64,000 bases of DNA from Anaeramoeba ignava BMAN. Its lineage: Eukaryota; Protista; Anaeramoebae. The translations under genes and the position numbers were made by a program. Below the pieces are notes generated by a model. The model was given only the letters and a program-made list of their open reading frames with translations, did no database searches and had not been told where the DNA came from. The stretch lies in assembly GCA_028826165.1 (NCBI GenBank), contig JAPDFW010000147.1, positions 744,001 through 808,000 on the forward strand, given 5' to 3'. The number at the start of each line of letters is the position of its first letter. Position 1 is the first letter of the stretch. Positions 54,536 through 64,000 of this stretch are shown one piece after another.

Positions 54536-56453
54536 TCAAAACTTTGGTTCATGTGGAGCAAGAAAACTCAAGGCTTTTGGAACAGAAGAAGACAAAAATC
54601 TAAGAGCAATTTTTTGGATTGATTTCAAATCAACATTATCAACCATTTGAGAAAATTCATCATCAGAAACTCTTTTATCCAACATTAACAACTCTCTACC
54701 AATTTCTTCAGCAAAATTGAATGTAGTGCTTTTTTGAAGTAAAGAAAGTGATTTAAATTGAATTTTTGCTAGTTCAAGTTCTTCATTTGTTAGTTTTGTT
54801 GAAATTCTATGAAATTCATTTTGTAAATGATGAATAAATTGTTTTATTTTATCAGGATCTCCAATAGCAGAACAACCGAATAATCCAGTATCAGAATAAG
54901 AATAATGAAATCCAGTGAATTTTGAAGCTAATTTTTCTTTTAGAACAATTTGTTTGAATGAGTTTTGATTGTTTTTGTAATTGTAAACTGAATCATTTAA
55001 ATGATCAAAATTCCCTAAAATTTGATTTAATAATGAAAATGCATAAAAATCTGGATTATTCCAAGATGCTCCTTCTATTGCCAATGCGTAATGTGATACA
55101 GGCATTATTGGATTGATTAAGCCTTGTATTCCTCCTTGAAATGTTGGTTTATTTAGTTCTATTTTTATAATATAATATAATGTTTAGATTTACAATGTAA
55201 GTTTATAAATATTTAATGTAAAAAAATAAATATAAAATAATTTTTTTTTGAATAAAACTTTAAATCTTTAAATAAAGCTTTAAATTTAAAAATTAATTTT
55301 AATTTTAATTTAAATTTTAATTTTAATTTTAATTTTAATTTTAATTTTATAAATTAATTTTAATTTTATAAATGAATTTTAATTTTAATTTTAATTTTAA
55401 TTTTGATTTTGATTTTAATTTTGATTTTAATTTTGATTTTAATTTTAAAATGAATTTTAATTTTAATTTTAAATTTTAATTTTAATTTTAAATTTTAATT
55501 TTAATTTTAATTTTAATTTTAATTTTAATTTTAATTTTAATTTTAATTTTGATTTTAATTTTGATTTTAATTTTAATTTTAATTTTGATTTTAATTTTAA
55601 TTTTAAATTTTAATTTTGATTTTAATTTTAAATTTTAATTTTAATTTTAATTTTAATTTTAATTTTAATTTTAATTTAAATTGATTTTGATTTGATAAGA
55701 TGAATTAATTAAATACTTTGAATTGTATTAGAATTTAAATTCTGAGTTTTAAAATTAAAATATTTTTGAGCCAAATCAACAAATTGAGAATGTTCAACAT
55801 CACCAACAGCAACAAGAACAATATTTTCAGGAATGAATTGAGAAGAATAATAATTAAGAAATTGATGACGAGAAAATTTGAGAATATTATCAGTTGGGCC
55901 AAGAATAGGAAAAGATAAAGAATTTCCTTTAAAAGTTAAAGAATGAAGATTTTCAAAAAGAATTTCATTAAGATCCGTATCAACCTCTTGACATTCTCGG
56001 ATAATAGTATCCCTTTCAGCCTTAATAGATCGATGAGAGAAGGTTGAGTTGAGGATGATATCTGAGAGGAATTCGACGCCGTGTTTGATTTTGTCGCCGA
56101 AAATATTCATATAAAAAGATCCTTGTTCTCTTCCAGTATAAGCATTAAAATGAGCTCCAATTTGCTCAACTTCTTGTTCAAGTTTCTCACGTGTTCTTTT
56201 ACCCGTTCCCTTGAAGAACAGATGCTCAAGAAAATGCGCTATTCCGTTTGTCTCCTCTGTTTCATATCGACTTCCTGTTTTGATCCAAATTCCGATCGTT
56301 GATGTTGGTCCATATCTTCGTTCTGTTGCTATTCGAATCCCGTTTCTTAATCGGCTTATTTCTGTATCTCCTATTCTTCTCCGTAATCCCTCCAAATATT
56401 TGTCTAAATCCCCCTTTGATTGGTGTTTGTTTTATTGTTTTTATAATTGACAT
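54536..56453 (-). CDS. MPPB: Mitochondrial/hydrogenosomal processing peptidase beta subunit (M16B)
   Basis: ISRLRNGIRIATE, TIGIWIKTGSRYE...NGIAHFLEHLFFKGT (HxxEH), NAYT.RE, ERDTIIRE and YSDTGLFG. Intron 55716-55159. There is an apparent +1 frameshift in a G5 run near 56410-56414. Confidence 0.88.
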
Positions 56454-56933
56454 TATATTCAAATATTATTTTAAAAGAAAAAAAATGATTTTATTTTTAT
56501 TTTTTATTTTTTTATTTTGAATAGAATTTGTCATTATTTAATCATCAAAAATTAACCTAAAAATATAATTTAATCATTTTTTTCTAATATTTATTTGATA
56601 AATTTAATTTAATTTTCTTTTAATAAAATTAATAAAATATTTTAATTACTTTATTTCAAAAATAGAATAAAGAATATTAAATAATTAACTTTAGATTTAT
56701 TTTATTTTATATATTTTATTAATATTTCTTTATTTAAAATAATATAAAATAATTCCCAATAAATTAATAAAATTAATAAAATATTTTAATTAATTTATTT
56801 CAAAAATAGAATAAAGAATATTAAATTATTAACTTTGGATTTGTTTCTTATTTATTGATTTGAAGAATTTAATTTGATTGAAAGTAAATTAAAATTGAAT
56901 TGAATTTTGAAAAAAAAAATGAAAAAATAGTTT

Positions 56934-59900
56934 TTAAATGAAATAAGTCTCAAGTTCATCAACAACCCATTTATTATAAGAACCAGCTAAATAACTTTGA
57001 GCTTCATTTGATTTATATTTAATTCCATCAGGTAGATTATAACTTTTACCAAAATTTGAACAACCAGATTGTAATTTAGAATTTACCAAAATATCATCTA
57101 TAAATATTTTAATAAAGATAAATAATTAATTTTAATAATAATTAATAATAATTTAATTTAAAATTAATTTTATTTTAAATTGAAATAATAATGTTATTTA
57201 TTATATTAATATTTTGGATTATTTATTAATTTAATTTTAATTATAATAATAAATATTTATTAAATATAAATTATTTACTATCTATTTTAATAAAGATAAA
57301 TAATTAATTTTAATAATAATTAATAATAATTTAATTTAAAATTAATTTTATTTTAAATTTAAATAATAATATTATTTATTATATTAATATTTTGGATTAT
57401 TTATTAATTTAATTTTAATTATAATAATAATTATTTATTAAATATAAATTATTTACCAACTATTTTAATAAAAATAAATAATTAATTTTAATAATAATTA
57501 ATAATAATTTAATTTAAAATTAATTTTATTTTAAATTAAAATAATAATAATATTTATTATATTAATATTTTGGATTATTTATTAATTTAATTTTAATTAT
57601 AATAATAAATATTTATTAAATATAAATTATTTACTATCTATTTTAATAAAGATAAATAATTAATTTTAATAATAATTAATAATAATTTAATTTAAAATTT
57701 ATTTTATTTTAAATTTAAAATAATAATATTATTATTTATTATATTAATATTTTGTATTATTTATTAATTTAATTTTAATTATAATAATAAATATTTATTA
57801 AATATAAATTATTTACTCTCTATTTTAATAAAGATAAATAATTAATTTTAATAATAATTAATAATAATTTAATTTAAAATTAATTTTATTTTTAAATTGA
57901 AATAATAATATTATTTATTATATTAATATTTTAGATTATTTATTAATTTAATTTTAATTATAATAATAAATATTTATTGAATATAAATTATTTACCCTCT
58001 ATTTTAATAAAAATAAATAATTAATTTTAATAATAATTAATAATAATTTAATTTAAAATTAATTTTATTTTTAAATTTAAATAATAATATTATTTATTAT
58101 ATTAATATTTTTAGATTATTTATTAATTTAATTTTAATTATAATAATAAATATTTATTAAATATAAATTATTTACCATCTATTTTAATAAATATAAATAA
58201 TTAATTTTAATAATAATTAATAATAATTTAATTTAAAATTAATTTTATTTTTAAATTTAAATAATAATATTATTTATTATATTAATATTTTGGATTATTT
58301 ATTAATTTAATTTTAATTATAATAATAAATATTTATTAAATATAAATTATTTACTCTCTATTTTAATAAAAATAAATAATTAATTTTAATAATAATTAAT
58401 AATAATTTAATTTAAAATTAATTTTATTTTAAATTTAAATAATAAATATTATTTATTATATTAATATTTTAGATTATTTATTAATTTAATTTTAATTATA
58501 ATAATAAATATTTATTAAATATAAATTATTTACTCTCTATTTTAATAAAAATATAAATAATTAATTTTAATAATAATTAATAATAATTTAATTTAAAATT
58601 AATTTTATTTTAAATTTAAATAATAATATTATTTATTATATTAATATTTTAGATTATTTATTAATTTAATTTTAATTATAATAATAAATATTTATTAAAT
58701 ATAAATTATTTACCATCTATTTTTAATAAAAATAAATAATTAATTTTAATAATAATTAATAATAATTTAATTTAAAATTAATTTTATTTTAAATTGAAAA
58801 TAATAATGTTATTTATTATATTAATATTTTAGATTATTTATTAATTTAATTTTAATTATAATAATAAATATTTATTGAATATAAATTATTTACCCTCTAT
58901 TTTAATAAAGATAAATAATTAATTTTAATAATAATAATTAATAATAATTTAATTTAAAATTAATTTTATTTTTAAATTTAAATAATAATATTATTTATTA
59001 TATTAATATTTATTTTTATTTATTAATTTAATTTTAATTATAATAATAAATATTTATTAAATATAAAAATTATTTACAATCTATTTTAATAAATATAAAT
59101 AATTAATTTTTAATAATAATTAATAATAATTTAATTTAAAAATTAATTTTATTTTAAATTTAAATAATAATATTATTTTATTATATTAATATTTTAGATT
59201 ATTTATTAATTTAATTTTAATTATAATAATAAATATTTATTAAATATAAATTATTTACTATCTATTTTAATAAAGATAAATAATTAATTTTAATAATAAT
59301 TAATAATAATTTAATTTAAAATTAATTTTATTTTAAATTTAAATAATAATATTATTTATTATATTAATATTTTGGATTATTTATTAATTTAATTTTAATT
59401 ATAATAATAATTATTTATTAAATATAAATTATTTACCATCTATTTTAATAAAAGATAAATAATTAATTTTAATAATAATTAATAATAATTTAATTTAAAA
59501 TTAATTTTTATTTTTTAAATTTAAATAATAATATTATTTATTATATTAATATTTTAGATTATTTATTAATTTAATTTTAATTATAATAATAAATATTTAT
59601 TAAATATAAATTATTTACAATCTATTTTAATAAAAATAAATAATTAATTTTAATAATAATTAATAATAATTTAATTTAAAATTAATTTTATTTTTAAATT
59701 TAAATAATAATATTATTTATTATATTAATATTTTGGATTATTTATTAATTTAATTTTAATTATAATAATAATTATTTATTAAATATAAATTATTTACCCT
59801 CTATTTTAATAAAAATAAATAATTAATTTTAATAATAATTAATAATAATTTAATTTAAAATTAATTTTATTTTAAATTAAAAAATAATAATAATATTTAT

Positions 59901-62900
59901 TATATTAATATTTTGGATTATTTATTAATTTAATTTTAATTATAATAATAAATATTTATTAAATATAAATTATTTACCCTCTATTTTAATAAAAATAAAT
60001 AATTAATTTTAATAATAATAATTAATAATAATTTAATTTAAAATTTATTTTATTTTAAATTTAAATAATAATATTATTTATTATATTAATATTTTGGTAT
60101 TATTTATTAATTTAATTTTTAATTATAATAATAAATATTTATTAAATATAAATTATTTACTCTCTATTTTAATAAAGATAAATAATTAATTTTAATAATA
60201 ATTAATAATAATTTAATTTAAAATTAATTTTATTTTTAAATTGAAATAATAATATTATTTATTATATTAATATTTTGGATTATTTATTAATTTAATTTTA
60301 ATTATAATAATAAATATTTATTGAATATAAATTATTTACCACCTATTTTAATAAAAATAAATAATTAATTTTAATAATAATTAATAATAATTTAATTTAA
60401 AATTAATTTTATTTTTAAATTAAAATAATAATATTATTTATTATATTAATATTTTAGATTATTTATTAATTTAATTTTAATTATAATAATAAATATTTAT
60501 TAAATATAAATTATTTACCATCTATTTTAATAAAGATAAATAATTAATTTTTAATAATAATTAATAATAATTTAATTTAAAATTAATTTTATTTTTAAAT
60601 TTAAATAATAATATTATTTATTATATTAATATTTTTGGATTATTTATTAATTTAATTTTAATTATAATAATAAATATTTATTAAATATAAATTATTTACC
60701 AACTATTTTAATAAAAATAAATAATTAATTTTAATAATAATTAATAATAATTTAAATTTAAAATTAATTTTTATTTTTAAATTAAAATAATAATATTATT
60801 TATTATATTAATTATTTTAGATTATTTATTAATTTAATTTTAATTATAATAATAAATATTTATTAAATATAAATTATTTACCCTCTCTATTTTTAATAAA
60901 AGATAAATAATTAATTTTAATAATAATTAATAATAATTTAATTTAAAATTAATTTTATTTTAAATTTAAAAATAATAATATTATTTATTATATTAATATT
61001 TTGGATTATTTATTAATTTAATTTTAATTATAATAATAAATATTTATTAAATATAATTTATTTACTATCTATTTTAATAAAAATAAATAATTAATTTTAA
61101 TAATAATTAATAATAATTTAATTTAAAATTAATTTTATTTTTAAATTTAAATAATAATATTATTTATTATATTAATATTTTAGATTATTTATTAATTTAA
61201 TTTTAATAATAATAATAAATATTTATTGAATATAAATTATTTACTCACTATTTTAATAAAGATAAATAATTAATTTTAATAATAATTAATAATAATTTAA
61301 TTTAAAATTAATTTTATTTTTAAATTTAAATAATAATATTATTTATTATATTAATATTTTGGATTATTTATTAATTTAATTTTAATTATAATAATAAATA
61401 TTTATTAAATATAAATTATTTTACCATCTATTTTAATAAATATAAATAATTAATTTTAATAATAATTAATAATAATTTAATTTAAAATTAATTTTTATTT
61501 TTAAATTGAAATAATAATATTATTTATTATATTAATATTTTGGATTATTTATTAATTTAATTTTAATTATAATAATAAATATTTATTAAATATAAATTAT
61601 TTACCATCTATTTTAATAAAGATAAATAATTAATTTTAATAATAATTAATAATAATTTAATCTAAAATTAATTTTATTTTTAAATTTAAATAATAATATT
61701 ATTTATTATATTAATATTTTGGATTATTTATTAATTTAATTTTAATTATAATAATAAATATTTATTAAATATAAATTATTTACCATCTATTTTAATAAAA
61801 GATAAATAATTAATTTTAATAATAATTAATAAAATAATTTAATTTAAAATTAATTTTATTTTTAAATTTAAATAATAATATTATTTATTATATTAATATT
61901 TTGGATTATTTATTAATTTAATTTTAATTATAATAATAAATATTTATTGAATATAAATTATTTACCCTCTTATTTTAATAAAAATAAATAATTAATTTTT
62001 TTAATAATAATTAATAATAATTTAATTTAAAATTAATTTTATTTTTAAATTGAAATAATAATATTATTGATTATATTAATTATTTGGATTATTTATTAAT
62101 TTAATTTTAATTATAATAATAAATATTTATTAAATATAAATTATTTACCATCTATTTTAATAAAAATAAATAATTAATTTTAATAATAATTAATAATAAT
62201 TTAATTTAAAATTAATTTTATTTTAAATTTAAATAATAATATTATTTATTATATTAATATTTTGGATTATTTATTAATTTAATTTTAATTATAATAATAA
62301 ATATTTATTGAATATAAAAATTATTTATATTTACATCCAAACCATGGACCATAACTTAAACTAGAATAAATTGCATAATTTTGTTTATATGTAAACTTTT
62401 CTGGTTTTCTATCTCCTTTATCATTTCTTAATGAAAAAATAAATGCATTTGAATCATTAATGTCTCCTGTATTTCCATTAAATCCAACTTGAGTAAAACC
62501 TCCAAAAATAAAATTATCTTTTGTTTTGATAATAACTAATGTTTTTCCTTTCTTATCAACTGCTTTATGCCATTTTTTAGCATTAAATCCATCTTTTTTT
62601 GCTGAAAATCCTTTTTTCATTTTAGAAAAAAAATCATTATCATTTATCCATTCTTGTAATTTCTTAACATATTCAATATCTTTAATAATTCTTGTTTCTG
62701 AAAATTGAGGAAAATTCTTGCTGATTTCTTCCATTTTCCTTTCATATTCCAAATCTTTTTGATATTGATCTCGATATTTATCAAAAATAGGTTGCATTTT
62801 CTCAATTTCTTTTTGATTATCTTGAATAACTTTGTTTTGAATATCAACTAAAAAAGATTTAGGAAAAAAATCAAATTGTTTTAATTTATCAAAATCTTGT

Positions 62901-63676
62901 TTTGAAATTGAATCTTTATCAAATAATGAAAAAAAAGAATGAAATAATCTTTTCTTTTCAATTCCCTTTTCTTTTTCTTTTTCTTTTTCTTTCTTTCCTT
63001 TTAATCTTTCATTTCTTTTTTCAATCCAATTATTTAAAAATTGAAAAAAATCAAATTGAAAAATTTCTTTTTTTTCTTGTTTAAATTGAATAAATTTGAT
63101 AATTTCTTCTTTAGTTAAATTGAATAAATTTTCATTATTTTGAATTTGGGAAAAATTTTGATTTATTAATTCAAAACATTTTATTTCAATTTCATTTAGT
63201 TTTAAATTTCGATTTTGGAATAAAAATTGGAAAAAATTTGAATAATTAATTGAATTTGAAATTTTTTTTTGAATAATTTCTTTCAATAAATTTAATTTAA
63301 AATAAATTGAAATTTCTAATAATTGGATAAGATTTTCTTGATTCTCAAAAGAAATATTTCCATAATAAATATAACTCAAAATTGATTCCATTTCTTTTTT
63401 ATTAAATTGATTTAAAGAAATAGAAAGAGATTCTTGCCTTAATGACTCATTAAAAAAAGGAGATCTTGAAGATAAAATTGATTTATGAACTTTAATTTCA
63501 AAAGGATTTGATTTATTCTCAACAAAAATTGAAAAATCTTTAAATGAATTTCCATTTAAAAGGTTTGAATAATCTTTAATTAAATTTTTTGTTACTTTTT
63601 TTTCTAAATTTTTCATTTCATTTTCATTTTGATTTTGATTTGCATTTTCAATTTGGTTGTTATTATTATTATCCAT
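56934..63676 (-). CDS. BTB/POZ + coiled-coil + TLDc domain protein containing a micro-exon array
   Basis: Exon 63676-62335 encodes BTB (FKDFSIFV...VHKSILSSRSPFF...ILSYIYYG) and TLDc up to YGPWFG. The last exon 57097-56934 encodes DILVNSKL..SNFG..YNLP...YLAGSYNKWVVDELETYFI*. Confidence 0.9.
57098..62334 (-). repeat. Tandem array of 29 near-identical ~177-bp GT-AG introns separated by 28 micro-exons
   Basis: On the + strand each junction reads ttatttac-NNN-ctatttt. The unit is the same as in 4536-8667. Confidence 0.9.
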
Positions 63677-64000
63677 TGTTTTTTGTTTTTTGTTTTTTGT
63701 GTTTTTGTGTTTTTGTTTTTTGTTGTTTTTTTGTTTTTGTTTTAAAAAAAAAAGGAAAAAAATGAAAAAAAAAAATGGATTTTGAAAATAAATAAAAATA
63801 TAAAAATGAGAATAAATTTAAATTAATAATTAATTTAATTTTCTTTTTAATTTATTATTTTAAATTAATTTATTAATAAATTATTATTATTTTTATTAAT
63901 TTTTATTATTAAAAAAAAGGAAAATTATTTTAATTTAATTTTTAATTTAATTTTTTTTTTGGAATTTAAAAATTATTAATAAATTTAAATTTTAAAAACA

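Overview
This is a 64 kb window of an extremely AT-rich, gene-dense eukaryotic nuclear genome with GT-AG spliceosomal introns and the standard genetic code. It is probably an anaerobic protist; an Anaeramoeba-like metamonad is my inference from the style of the sequence, not something proven here. About 19 protein-coding genes can be reconstructed. Recognisable ones are GGH, XRCC3, ARP2, CCDC130/YJU2B, HOP1, a DxDxT CTD-type phosphatase, a YAK1 kinase, an RNF5/185-like E3 ligase, beta-MPP and a C2orf76 homolog, plus a ~3000-aa multi-Ig/ASH-like protein. The outstanding feature is two paralogous TLDc-domain genes: a coiled-coil-TLDc gene at 3753-8831 (+) and a BTB-TLDc gene at 63676-56934 (-). 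Each carries, at the same codon position of the TLDc 'GPxFG|xD' loop, a tandem array of ~180-bp units. Every unit is a near-identical GT...AG intron followed by a hypervariable 3-nt micro-exon (22 and 28 micro-exons). Including all micro-exons breaks the ORF, so the arrays look like a Dscam-style splicing-based (or recombination-based) system that diversifies one protein loop. The first TLDc gene also sits between long inverted repeats built from ~150-bp subunits, resembling a foldback or Pack-MULE-like cassette. All coordinates were read by eye and may be off by a few bases.
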